The notes under the pieces: model-generated
Seen by the model: the letters and a program-made list of their open reading frames with translations, nothing else
The model's database searches: none
What the model was told of the DNA's origin: nothing
From: Prochlorococcus sp. MIT 0801
Lineage (GTDB): Bacteria; Cyanobacteriota; Cyanobacteriia; PCC-6307; Cyanobiaceae
NCBI RefSeq assembly: GCF_000757865.1
Contig: NZ_CP007754.1
Coordinates: 1,110,001-1,142,000 of the forward strand
Reading direction: 5' to 3'
DNA: 32,000 nt
Program-made: the position numbers and the translations under genes
Shown here: in pieces, positions 7,570 through 16,067 of the stretch
Layout of the letters: each line of letters opens with the position of its first letter
Numbering within the stretch: position 1 is the stretch's first letter

Positions 7570-7776
7570 CTACGCGCAAAATATTTTTGCAGTGTTGGTA
7601 ACACCTATTGAGTAATCATTAATGTTCAAATCTAATGCTTCAAGGGTTTTGAGGGCATCTATTTTGCCCGCCGCAAAACTTTGGCAAACAACATTAACCT
7701 GAGAAGATCTTGATGCATACATTTTTGTAGGGAACAAAAAGGTCAAAGTTACTGGCAAAACAATTAGAAATTTCAT
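7570..7776 (-). CDS. small secreted protein with a Cys pair (68 aa)
   Basis: It has a signal peptide (MKFLIVLPVTLTFLFPTKMYA), followed by C-x36-C and ALKTLEALDL. Confidence 0.55.
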   Translation of the reverse strand: MKFLIVLPVTLTFLFPTKMYASRSSQVNVVCQSFAAGKIDALKTLEALDLNINDYSIGVTNTAKIFCA

Positions 7777-7783
7777 TATAATT

Positions 7784-7987
7784 TCAGCTATTTTGAAAAG
7801 TTCTCTCCAATGAACTCACTTGAGCTCTGTAGGCATCTCCTTTATCACCACATAATTTCTCGTGATCAGTTAAAGGAATCCAAGACCAGTCAAATCTAAC
7901 GGTTAAAGACCAAAACATAATGATGTGACCAAGAAAAAGGACAGGCCAATCAAGTCCTATAAACTCAGAATGAAAAACAGGGTGCAT
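7784..7987 (-). pseudogene. C-terminal remnant of an ICMT/PEMT-like membrane methyltransferase
   Basis: MHPVFHSEFIGLDWPVLFLGHIIMFW...DHEKLCGDKGDAYRAQV resembles the RHP.Y...G......EE..L...FG..Y..Y tail of that family. The expected ~100 N-terminal residues are missing. Hydrophobic reading frames upstream (to about 8200) are interrupted by stops. Confidence 0.4.
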
Positions 7988-8276
7988 TGGTCACTGAAAC
8001 AGAAATTGAAAAACAAATTTGGAAGGAACAAGCCAGAGTGGTAAAGGATAGAATATTCCTATGTAAAAGTATTTTCACCGTAATATGCTTGTAAATAACA
8101 AGCGTTAACAGGAAAACTAATAGTTATTTTAACCACTTCCACTCTTGGCAAGTGGATGGATAAGGTAGTGAGAACCAGCAAGAGTGATGTAAAGCAAAAA
8201 GAAAAAAAAAGTTAAAAAACGATGCCTATGACCTATTTCATCCTAAAAAAACTAGTGATTTAAAATGATTAAAGTA

Positions 8277-8447
8277 ATGAGTGGCGACAATTTGCTCGGA
8301 GAGCAACCTCTAAAGTTTTACTCAGATGAGGTGACTGAAACCAAAATCCAGCTAGTTCATCACTTGCTAATACTTAATGCTCAAAAAAACACAATAATAG
8401 ATTTAGATAGGAAACATAAAGAATGGGGAAATGAATTAGCTAGTTAA
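8277..8447 (+). CDS. hypothetical protein, MSGDxLL..P.KFYSDE.TETK family
   Basis: The start is set at the Met that aligns with the paralog at 30878. The track ORF begins 12 nt earlier, at 8265. Confidence 0.5.
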   Translation: MSGDNLLGEQPLKFYSDEVTETKIQLVHHLLILNAQKNTIIDLDRKHKEWGNELAS

Positions 8448-8620
8448 AAAGTATGTTCAAATAGGTTTAGCAAAGTTTTTTAATACATATTTTTGTTCAT
8501 AAGTTTTATAGCTCTAACTTTCCATCCTAAAGATTATTAAAATCGAAAGTTAATTCACACAATTTTTTTCTTAGGATATATTTATTTGTATAGGATAAGT
8601 TTTACGAGATTTTTTTATTG

Positions 8621-9034
8621 ATGCTTAAAAGAGTTATCACATGCTTTCTCTCAATTTTGTTTGTTGTTACACTTACTCCCTATAAAGTAAATGCAATGAC
8701 AAATGATCTTCCTGATTGTGTTGTTCTAACTCACTGCGTGAGAGAAGACTTTAAAGTTAGTGATTTAGAAAATGCTTTTAAAAAAGCCTACAAGATAGTT
8801 TCAGAAACACCAAGAACAAAAATAATTGAGAAGACTGATTCATATATTCATGCTGAAGCAAAGACAAAATGGAGAAGATATACCGATGATCTACTCCTCA
8901 AAGCAATTCCAGAGAAAGGTATTATTCAAGTCAGATCAGAATCAAGAGTTGGAATTGGAGATAATGGAGTCAACAAGAAGAGAGTTGATGATTTTGCTTA
9001 TCGTCTAATGACAGAAAGAGATAACACTAACTAA
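8621..9034 (+). CDS. DUF1499-family protein with signal peptide
   Basis: YIHAEAKTKWRRYTDDLLLKA...IIQVRSESRVGIGDNGVNKKRVDDF matches my recollection of the DUF1499 core (h.ae..s..fgF.DD......i.vRS.SR.G.sD.GvNrkRv). The N-terminus is hydrophobic and resembles a signal peptide. Confidence 0.75.
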   Translation: MLKRVITCFLSILFVVTLTPYKVNAMTNDLPDCVVLTHCVREDFKVSDLENAFKKAYKIVSETPRTKIIEKTDSYIHAEAKTKWRRYTDDLLLKAIPEKGIIQVRSESRVGIGDNGVNKKRVDDFAYRLMTERDNTN

Positions 9035-9208
9035 ATCATCAAAATCAACGACTCAAAGCACCTAGGTAAAGTCATTGATTTTGAACATACTAAATTTTTC
9101 GATTAAGTTTGTTTGCGAAGGTATGGCTTAAGAATAAAAAGTAAGTGATTTTTTATACAAATTGCTTTTCTTTTTATGCTTCTAGCAGCATTTGAACCTG
9201 GTAAAGAA

Positions 9209-9556
9209 ATGGCCATCGCCAACTTTTCGCTAGCCATTTTCTGTCTGTTTACCGTTGCACTTCCTTTAATACTTATCACTCGTGGAGACAAAACAGAAGC
9301 TAATCGGCACTTCCTTGCAGCAACAGTAAACCCATGGGCTCAATTTGTTAAAGAAGCTGAGGTAGCACAAGTTGTTCTATCTGAAGTCACATCGTCAGCA
9401 AAACTAGAACCCAATCTCGAAGTAGTATCCGAGCAAAATATCGGACTAATTCCAGAATCAGGAGAGGTTATTTCTTTAGAGATAAAAGGAAGTGATGAAT
9501 TAGACGAGTCATCACTTGAATTATTACCAACTGATGATGAACTATTGGCTGCTTGA
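9209..9556 (+). CDS. membrane-anchored acidic protein
   Basis: MAIANFSLAIFCLFTVALPLILI forms a TM anchor, followed by a Glu/Ser/Leu-rich tail. The antisense ORF 9340..9564 is Ser-rich and was rejected. Confidence 0.55.
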   Translation: MAIANFSLAIFCLFTVALPLILITRGDKTEANRHFLAATVNPWAQFVKEAEVAQVVLSEVTSSAKLEPNLEVVSEQNIGLIPESGEVISLEIKGSDELDESSLELLPTDDELLAA

Positions 9557-9602
9557 GAGATCAAAAACAGCCAGTAAATTTCTGATTGTCAGACTAATTA
9601 TC

Positions 9603-9627
9603 AAGGGGTAATTAATGCCCCCTTTTT
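9603..9627 (+). terminator. rho-independent terminator
   Basis: The stem is aagggg..cccc, the loop is taattaatg, and ttttt follows. It lies 47 nt after the stop at 9556. Confidence 0.7.
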
Positions 9628-10060
9628 AATGAATGTTTTTAGGTAATAGATTTTATCTTATTCATATAAATAACAGGAGCCTGTGTTTTTCCTTCACAAG
9701 CTTCAATCAAATATTTATATTCCTCTCTTAATACTTATCGAAGGCGTCTTCTTTCTTAACTGCCCAACACCGAATCAGTGATGAAAGTACAAACCACAAA
9801 TGCAGATGTCATTTTTAAGGGCTTGGGAATAGTTCAGTAGGTACTTTGATATAGATAAATATCAACTTGCATGGCATTCCAAAGAAACACAATTAAAAAA
9901 GCAAGATTTTCAATATTTTTCATGTGAAAACAAAACCTTAAGAATGCGTGTATTCATGTTTAAATTTTCTAAATTTTTATGCATACTCCGGCTTGGAGTT
10001 CCCATATGACATTGCATATAAATAAGTTGTAAAGGTTAGTAAGTTCGCCATTATAAAAAT

Positions 10061-10390
10061 ATGAAAAGCTTATTTTTTCTATCACTGATATTTGTTGTTC
10101 TCTTGTTTTCGTCAGTCATACCTGTCAGTGCTGAGTCTGAATTTGAACTATATTTGAGTGATTTTTATCAAAAACAAGAGAAAGCAAGCAAAATACTGAA
10201 AGAAATCGAAATAGACCTAAAAGACGGATCCAGAGACAGAGTTTGTGCAAGGCAAAGGGAAGCTGCTAGCTATGGAATAGAAGCTACAGAGTCTTTAATT
10301 AAAGCATTTAAAACAAATGGATCCGCAAGTCAAATGAAGAATCTTCAAGCAGGACTTGATAAATGGAGAGAGTTGAGGGACTATTGCTAA
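10061..10390 (+). CDS. secreted helical protein (109 aa)
   Basis: It has the signal peptide MKSLFFLSLIFVVLLFSSVIPVSA. The mature region has one internal Cys and a C-terminal Cys. Confidence 0.6.
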   Translation: MKSLFFLSLIFVVLLFSSVIPVSAESEFELYLSDFYQKQEKASKILKEIEIDLKDGSRDRVCARQREAASYGIEATESLIKAFKTNGSASQMKNLQAGLDKWRELRDYC

Positions 10391-10412
10391 ATTTTTTTTG
10401 TCTACTAAATAA

Positions 10413-10661
10413 ATGAATGTATTAGTTATTGTTTTTATTATTGCCACAATTTGGCTCATAAGAAAATTGGCATGGAATGCAGAAGAGGGAACAAATGAAC
10501 AAAGAGAAAAGAATCCAGAGTTAAATACAAAAAACTTTGATATGCATGAAAGAAGACTTGACCACTTTTCTAAATCAAAATACAAAAACCGTATGTTCTA
10601 TATTGGGGCTGATGGTAGTTGCTACTATTACTCTGCCACTGGAAGGAAAATCTTTTGCTGA
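10413..10661 (+). CDS. membrane-anchored protein (82 aa)
   Basis: It has an N-terminal TM helix (VLVIVFIIATIWLI), a charged linker and a Tyr/Gly-rich C-terminus. Confidence 0.55.
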   Translation: MNVLVIVFIIATIWLIRKLAWNAEEGTNEQREKNPELNTKNFDMHERRLDHFSKSKYKNRMFYIGADGSCYYYSATGRKIFC

Positions 10662-10801
10662 TGGATGAAATATCTCAATGGGGAATTGCTGCTTTAATTG
10701 GAACATCTATTGCAGCCTTCTTGGCTTGGTTTAACAAATCCGGTTCTGACTTTAAAGATGGTTTTGCGTCCAAAAGCAAAAGGACTAAAAAGAAAAACTA
10801 A
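10661..10801 (+). CDS. small membrane protein (46 aa)
   Basis: The ATG overlaps the upstream stop (TGATG). The product is MDEISQWGIAALIGTSIAAFLAWF... with a Lys-rich tail. The track version starts 42 nt earlier, inside the previous gene. Confidence 0.5.
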   Translation: MDEISQWGIAALIGTSIAAFLAWFNKSGSDFKDGFASKSKRTKKKN

Positions 10802-10991
10802 ATTGCACCCTATATAAATCAAGTTGTACATATAGCAATTAGAAATCAACGAGCCCAGAGGCGACAAGCATATGACGAGTTACTAAAGAAATAAAAATAA
10901 AAAAATTAATCTACTAAGAACATAAAGAGGTAAATTATTCACATGAATAAGTGCCTAAAATATTTTTTAATAGTGGATTGATCAATATCAT

Positions 10992-11276
10992 TCACTTCCC
11001 AACTCCAGTAAAAACAAAACCATTAAGAATACAATAATCATAAGCAAAAATCTTCAAAATTTCAGGCATCTCATTCCATTTCATTTCCTCAATTTTATTT
11101 AATTGCTCTGAACTTAAGTTCTCTGCTTTAGCATATGCCTCCATCATCTTTGACCAACTATCAGAATAAATGTCTACGTAAAATGCCTTTTGATTTTGAT
11201 CAAAGAAACTAATTTTATCTTGATTCGTACTTACCTTTTTAGAAAGTTGCTTATAGTATTCAATGTCTGATGTCAT
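10992..11276 (-). CDS. hypothetical protein (94 aa)
   Basis: ATG ORF and the only long ORF in this interval. Confidence 0.55.
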   Translation of the reverse strand: MTSDIEYYKQLSKKVSTNQDKISFFDQNQKAFYVDIYSDSWSKMMEAYAKAENLSSEQLNKIEEMKWNEMPEILKIFAYDYCILNGFVFTGVGK

Positions 11277-11897
11277 GCTTACTTTCTTATTTAAGAATCT
11301 AATCTAATTAAATTACTTTTAAATAGTGAAAGATGTTCAAAATCTATACATTAAGTAGTCTAAAAACTCACAGTTTGATTATCTTTTATTTTTGAGCTTA
11401 AAAACGAAATTAAACAAAATCAACTTAGATCCTATTAAAAATTTATTAATTTGATTTTAATCTTACTGTGGGTCTACACGGCTCTATCCGGTTAACAATC
11501 ATTACCTGAATATCTTTTTTGCCAATGCTCTATTTATCCTATTGCTATTCATTAGAATTTGGAATCCATTTGATTCAAGCCTTTCCCTCTCGTTCCAAAC
11601 ATTTAGGTTTAGACCTTAACTCTCCCTATCATACCGAAACCAAAGTATTTATAGCTCACTTGATTCGCTAATCAAAGCTTCACGCTTCATATTATCGCCC
11701 GAGGTAATAGTTGAATAATACAACTCTATTGGATATTGCTGATAATTCTAGTGTGTCTTTTTGGATGAAGCTTTATTATTTCGTTTAGGAAGGGCTGTCA
11801 TACCTGCCTTCGGAATACTGAATGGGGTAAACAATTTCATAATTTGGATTAGTCAAATACATGTATAAGTTTTAGGTCGCTCAGAGAGACAATGCAT

Positions 11898-11937
11898 GGG
11901 TGAAACTACCCTAAAAACATTCGCATTGCACTACCAA
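11898..11937 (+). promoter_or_regulatory. conserved ~40-nt block (copy 1) upstream of a small hydrophobic-peptide gene
   Basis: gggtgaaactaccctaaaaacattcgcattgcactaccaa resembles 20681..20719, with about 33 of 37 aligned positions identical by eye. The flanking about 50 nt is not conserved. The ggtg.aac.acc hairpin stays paired through a G-U versus G-C change. Confidence 0.5.
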
Positions 11938-11984
11938 ATACTATTAGTAGAAGTAGCTAGTTTAATGACATTTGTATCTAAAAA

Positions 11985-12131
11985 ATGTTTACTCCTTATC
12001 ATGCCATCATGTTTGGAATTTTACTGATAACCAGTTCTGCATCGATTTTTCATATGTCAGAAGGACAAAACAGATTAAGCAAAAATCAAACAAAGGTATC
12101 AAAATCTAAATTTGATTTAAACAGTTATTAA
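11985..12131 (+). CDS. small hydrophobic peptide (48 aa), paralog of 20769..20861
   Basis: MFTPYHAIMFGILLITSSASIFHMSEGQ... aligns with MLTPYHIILFAILLVVSSASIFQMSTAEQS. The hand translation closes on the stop at 12129..12131. Confidence 0.5.
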   Translation: MFTPYHAIMFGILLITSSASIFHMSEGQNRLSKNQTKVSKSKFDLNSY

Positions 12132-12153
12132 ATTATTTTTGACTAGAAGCTAT

Positions 12154-12330
12154 TTAAGCTAAGCAAGTCCAATCTAGGTTTCGATGATTTGTCAAAAAAG
12201 GAGCAGGTGTACATACCTTTTCACCATCTGGTGTTACGAAGCACCTTTCAATCCCCCAACTTCGTTCAATGATTTTCACTTCAGTCGAGCATTTGGGTAA
12301 AGGTAGCGCTGCAAATTGAGCTCTCGTCAT
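12154..12330 (-). CDS. hypothetical Cys-containing protein (58 aa)
   Basis: Hand translation gives MTRAQFAALPLPKCSTEVKIIERSWGIERCFVTPDGEKVCTPAPFLTNHRNLDWTCLA. It is visibly GC-richer than its surroundings and below the track cutoff. Confidence 0.4.
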   Translation of the reverse strand: MTRAQFAALPLPKCSTEVKIIERSWGIERCFVTPDGEKVCTPAPFLTNHRNLDWTCLA

Positions 12331-12857
12331 AAAAACATGTAACTATACTTTTTTAGCTTCTGAAAAAGTTTTATCAATCGGTAAATAAATCCATTGACAT
12401 CCAATCAAGTACAAAACATACAAACTTAATAAAAATAAATCCGCAGAGCTTTCATATCGCAAAACCACTGTAGTATTAGATAGATAGTTGAAAATGGTAC
12501 GAAGTATAGAACTTTAAAATCTTATTCAAAGAAAGCGAATCACCTAAATACCTATTACTCAAATTTATACCAAACAATTTATTAATCCGTAAAAATGCAA
12601 ACGCGCCCACTACTAGTAAAGAAATCTCTAAAATAGCCCATGATTTGCTTTAACCTTTTGAGAAAGAATAAAAGCCGTATCAAAAGATGACTTCATGTGA
12701 TTAAGGGAAAGGAATATGACAGTTCTCCTTCCTAAGACTTTGCTGAAAGAGTAAATTAGGAGTCTCTTACAAAGAAACCACATAAAATAACAAGACTAAA
12801 TAAAACATTTTAAAAGTTTGAGATATTTTAAAGCTATCGCAATATCTTAAACAGGTG

Positions 12858-12898
12858 GACTTAATAGGATTTTCCTTCTTGGTTAATCCTATTAAGTC
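12858..12898. repeat. perfect 14-bp inverted repeat (hairpin) in an ORF-poor region
   Basis: The arms gacttaataggatt and aatcctattaagtc flank a 13-nt loop (ttccttcttggtt). No adjacent ORF and no convincing T-run. Confidence 0.8.
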
Positions 12899-13115
12899 TT
12901 GAACAAATAATCGTCTCAAAAAATGAGAGGTTCATATATGGAACAAATCCGAATGTTAGTGAATCAAGGAAAGCGAGAGAGGTAACTTAAATCACTTAAA
13001 GGATTAACGTTATTTACTGCTATAAGTTTATTTTATACATACGAGTCACAAACGAATGAGTCATATAAAAATATGCACATTTTTTTTATAGAGTTAAACA
13101 TAACTTTCTAAGAAA

Positions 13116-13340
13116 ATGCAAGTAGATCTAAATGAGCTAGTAAATTCGTACGAAGTCGTTCCAGTATCTCTTAGTGATCCCTTTAAATCTTTAGTTGTGG
13201 AACCTTCCACGATGGAAGTCCTGAGATTTTTACCAGTAATTGCCTTCATTGCTTTAATAATAGTAGCTGTATGGAGACAGGCTAAAAAGTTCCAAGTAAA
13301 AGCTATTGGCGATATTAATCAAAAGAACAAGCAAGATTAA
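13116..13340 (+). CDS. small membrane protein (74 aa)
   Basis: ATG ORF with one TM helix (FLPVIAFIALIIVAVW). An internal Met start is possible. Confidence 0.5.
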   Translation: MQVDLNELVNSYEVVPVSLSDPFKSLVVEPSTMEVLRFLPVIAFIALIIVAVWRQAKKFQVKAIGDINQKNKQD

Positions 13341-13434
13341 ATTAATGAAGGGAATTAAAAAAAAATATTCTTAAATTTTTAATGCTTGAAGAATTTTATA
13401 AATATTATCAAGGGCTAATAACAGCTACTAAACC

Positions 13435-14385
13435 TTAGAGATTTGAGAAAGAATTGGCTAACTTATTCGTCAATTCAATTAATGTTTTAGAAATTCCAAT
13501 TTCTTTCATTGAGTGTCCTGCATTATCGATTACATAAAGTTTCGACATGGGTAATGAATTACTAAGGTCCCATGCACTTCTCATTGGACAAACAACGTCA
13601 TATCTTCCCTGAACAATCGAAACAGGAATACCTTTTAGCTTAGTAATATTTTTTAGAATATAATCCTCCTCTAAAAAAATATTATTAATAAAATAATGAC
13701 ATTCGATACGCGCAAAAGAGTCGGAGAAATTATCATTAGTAGATTTATTAATTGATAGTTCTCTTGGCGTGAGAAAGCTAGTTGACATTTCCCATCTAGT
13801 CCAAGCATATGCCGCCTTAGCTCTCTCAGATCTATCTTGACTTGTTAATCTCTTATGGAAAGCATTAATCAAATCCCCTCTCTCATCTGGCGGAATAACA
13901 GATTGATAAAGATCGAATTCTTCAGGGAAAATCTCACTTGCACCTTTTTGATAGAACCAACTTAATTCGTTTTTTCTGCACAAAAATATACCCCTAAGAG
14001 TAAGACTTAAAACTTTTCCTGTGTGTTGAATGGCATAAATTAAGCTTAAGGTGGACCCCCATGAGCCCCCAAAGACATGCCATGATTCAATTTTTAAAAG
14101 CTTTCTTAACTTTTCAATATCTTCAATTAAATGATGAGTGGTGTTTTCTTCTAACTCAGAATGAGGAGTAGATCTACCACATCCTCTTTGATCAAATTGA
14201 ACAATATTAAATTTTTTTGGATCAAAATATCTTCGATAGGAAGGACTGCTACCTCCTCCCGGGCCACCATGAATAATCAAGACAGACAAACCATTTGGAT
14301 TACCACTTCTTTCCCAGTAGATGGAGTGTAGGGGACTGACATTTAATATCCCTTGTTCGTTAGTTTCTATTTCCGGAAATAACAT
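13435..14385 (-). CDS. pip: proline iminopeptidase (S33 alpha/beta hydrolase)
   Basis: The 316-aa ORF has HGGPGGG near the N-terminus, the nucleophile elbow GGSWGSTL, and a C-terminal NAGHS. This is the characteristic Pip layout. Confidence 0.92.
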   Translation of the reverse strand: MLFPEIETNEQGILNVSPLHSIYWERSGNPNGLSVLIIHGGPGGGSSPSYRRYFDPKKFNIVQFDQRGCGRSTPHSELEENTTHHLIEDIEKLRKLLKIESWHVFGGSWGSTLSLIYAIQHTGKVLSLTLRGIFLCRKNELSWFYQKGASEIFPEEFDLYQSVIPPDERGDLINAFHKRLTSQDRSERAKAAYAWTRWEMSTSFLTPRELSINKSTNDNFSDSFARIECHYFINNIFLEEDYILKNITKLKGIPVSIVQGRYDVVCPMRSAWDLSNSLPMSKLYVIDNAGHSMKEIGISKTLIELTNKLANSFSNL

Positions 14386-14485
14386 TTTTAATTAAATACT
14401 CGTCTTTTACTAATACGCTGTGTCATTCAACTCAAGCATACATAACAAAATTAGCTATAAAGGATTATCAATAAGGAATTGATTA

Positions 14486-14707
14486 ATGCCTAAGAAAAAT
14501 TGGCTCAAAAGCTTTCGGTTGAATATACATGCCCCTGGAACTGGTTTTGCCTTAATGGTCTTAGCTTTAACTCAAGTACCAGTTGGAATAAAAAATGCAG
14601 CTGAAGTTGTTTGTATTGGACAAACTTCAAATAAGATTTGGAAATTAGAAAAAAATCATGCGGAAGCAAATATGCTTGCAGTTCAAAGATGCAATGGCAA
14701 AAATTAA
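14486..14707 (+). CDS. small protein, NIHAPGTGFALM family (paralog of 1767..1964)
   Basis: MPKKNWLKSFRLNIHAPGTGFALMVLALTQVPVGIKNAAEVVC...QRCNGKN belongs to the family. Confidence 0.6.
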   Translation: MPKKNWLKSFRLNIHAPGTGFALMVLALTQVPVGIKNAAEVVCIGQTSNKIWKLEKNHAEANMLAVQRCNGKN

Positions 14708-14793
14708 CTTGTATCATTGTGTTCGTCTTCAAGCAAAATAAGATAAAAACCAAAAAATGTAACATTAAACTAGAACTTAAATTTCTAAGCGAT

Positions 14794-14826
14794 AAAAAGG
14801 GTAGTAATTGAAAATTATCCCTTTTT
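14794..14826 (+). terminator. hairpin with T-run abutting the next start codon
   Basis: The outer stem is aaaaaggg/cccttttt and the inner stem is taatt/aatta. The T-run ends 1 nt before the ATG at 14827. Confidence 0.5.
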
Positions 14827-15153
14827 ATGACTTCAGCGCAACAAATAATCGATCAAGAACTAGCTCAGTTTGGATGGGTGGAGTCAATAGCGACTAATTC
14901 AATAAGTGATTTCAAGTCACCCAAGGAAAGTGTTGTAGAACTAAGAACTGATGAAAAAAAATCCAAGCTTATAGATGCATTTATATGTCACTCAATTTTT
15001 TATGTGATTTTCTGCTATTCCCTATGTCTATATGTTTTTATTGATCTAGGTTTTGGTTTCTTTTTAAAAAATAAAGTGAATAGATGGTTGAAAGTCCAAA
15101 AAAAAATTGAAATACCTTCCTTATCAGTTCTCTTTCCCATTAATACAAACTAA
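14827..15153 (+). CDS. hypothetical membrane protein (108 aa)
   Basis: ATG ORF with a hydrophobic central segment (FICHSIFYVIFCYSLCLYVFIDLGFGFFL). The start is immediately preceded by a hairpin, so it is uncertain. Confidence 0.45.
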   Translation: MTSAQQIIDQELAQFGWVESIATNSISDFKSPKESVVELRTDEKKSKLIDAFICHSIFYVIFCYSLCLYVFIDLGFGFFLKNKVNRWLKVQKKIEIPSLSVLFPINTN

Positions 15154-15239
15154 GTTAGTCTTTAAATCATTTATTTGGGTATTCCTTACAATCGCACTAA
15201 CTTGAATAATGTATTTAAATAGATAAGAAGAAATACACC

Positions 15240-15272
15240 AACGGTCTGAGTCTGCACAGACCGTTTTTTATT
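15240..15272 (+). terminator. rho-independent terminator
   Basis: The 8-9 bp stem acggtctg/cagaccgt has an 8-nt loop and is followed by ttttttatttt. Confidence 0.75.
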
Positions 15273-15460
15273 TTCAATGCAAAATTTCTTCACCAAGATA
15301 TCAAAATATCTATATGGAAATGAAGTAGGTAAATTCTATGAAGAGCAAGAAGGAGATGATTTAGAATACCCTTTTTTACCTAAATAGCTAGATCCAAATA
15401 ACCCATTGATAGCATGGCTTATAGAGCTGAATAACAATATAAAGAACTACATCATGATCT

Positions 15461-15652
15461 ATGCCATTACTTGATGTTGAGCGTCCTATCAGAAAGGTCG
15501 TTGCCGATCAGATAGTTACTTGCAAGGTTACTCAAAAAAAACAAATTGCTTTTGATCTGTTAGCTGAAAAAAAATATGGTTGCTCCCGTGACTATTTAAA
15601 AGTAGATATGCATCAATTTCTTAAGCATATTATTCTTGTATTTATATTATAA
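15461..15652 (+). CDS. hypothetical protein (63 aa)
   Basis: ATG ORF only. There is no other support. Confidence 0.35.
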   Translation: MPLLDVERPIRKVVADQIVTCKVTQKKQIAFDLLAEKKYGCSRDYLKVDMHQFLKHIILVFIL

Positions 15653-15668
15653 TTTTAATTTTTAGTTA

Positions 15669-16067
15669 TTAATATTTATAAGATTTTTCCTCAATAATTT
15701 CAGAATTAAACTTTCTATTGATGTCTTTTTTTATAGATGACCTAATATCATTTTCTTTATAAACAGATCTAGCTATTTCTATAAATTCTTTATCGAATTC
15801 TTGTCTTTTTTCTTTAAGTCTAATTCTATCTTCTATATCCCAAAGTTTTTTATTAACACTCTTGAGATTAGAAACTAGTTCACTAGCAATAGAAATATCT
15901 TTATCTTTAAGAATAAATCTAAGCAACTCCAGTTCTCTATTTACATTCTTAAGCTTTATCCCAGTCATATGATCTCTTTTAATTTCTAGAATTGTTATTT
16001 TGTCTATTAGTTCTCCCACAGAGGCAGGAATAAACAAATTAAAAAAATCTTTATCTTTTGAAATCAA
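15669..16067 (-). CDS. small helical protein with GELIDKITILEIK motif (DUF6165/DUF4254-like), coupled to the GT9 gene
   Basis: The TTG start overlaps the upstream TGA by 4 nt (TTGA). From memory, SVGELIDKITILEIKRDH...LWDIEDRIR resembles small proteins found beside glycosyltransferase genes. The family name is uncertain. Confidence 0.65.
   Translation of the reverse strand: MISKDKDFFNLFIPASVGELIDKITILEIKRDHMTGIKLKNVNRELELLRFILKDKDISIASELVSNLKSVNKKLWDIEDRIRLKEKRQEFDKEFIEIARSVYKENDIRSSIKKDINRKFNSEIIEEKSYKY

Noticed and set aside
9041-9082. Inverted repeat aaaatcaacgac/gtcattgatttt after the DUF1499 gene, considered as a terminator.
   Set aside because: The stem is AT-rich with one mismatch, the loop is 18 nt, and no clear T-run follows. 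It is too weak to call.
9185-9205. agcatttgaacctgg resembles the reverse complement of a tRNA T-loop, so I considered a second partial tRNA.
   Set aside because: The flanking 5-mers cannot pair as a T stem and no acceptor strand follows. It is a coincidental match inside a coding region.
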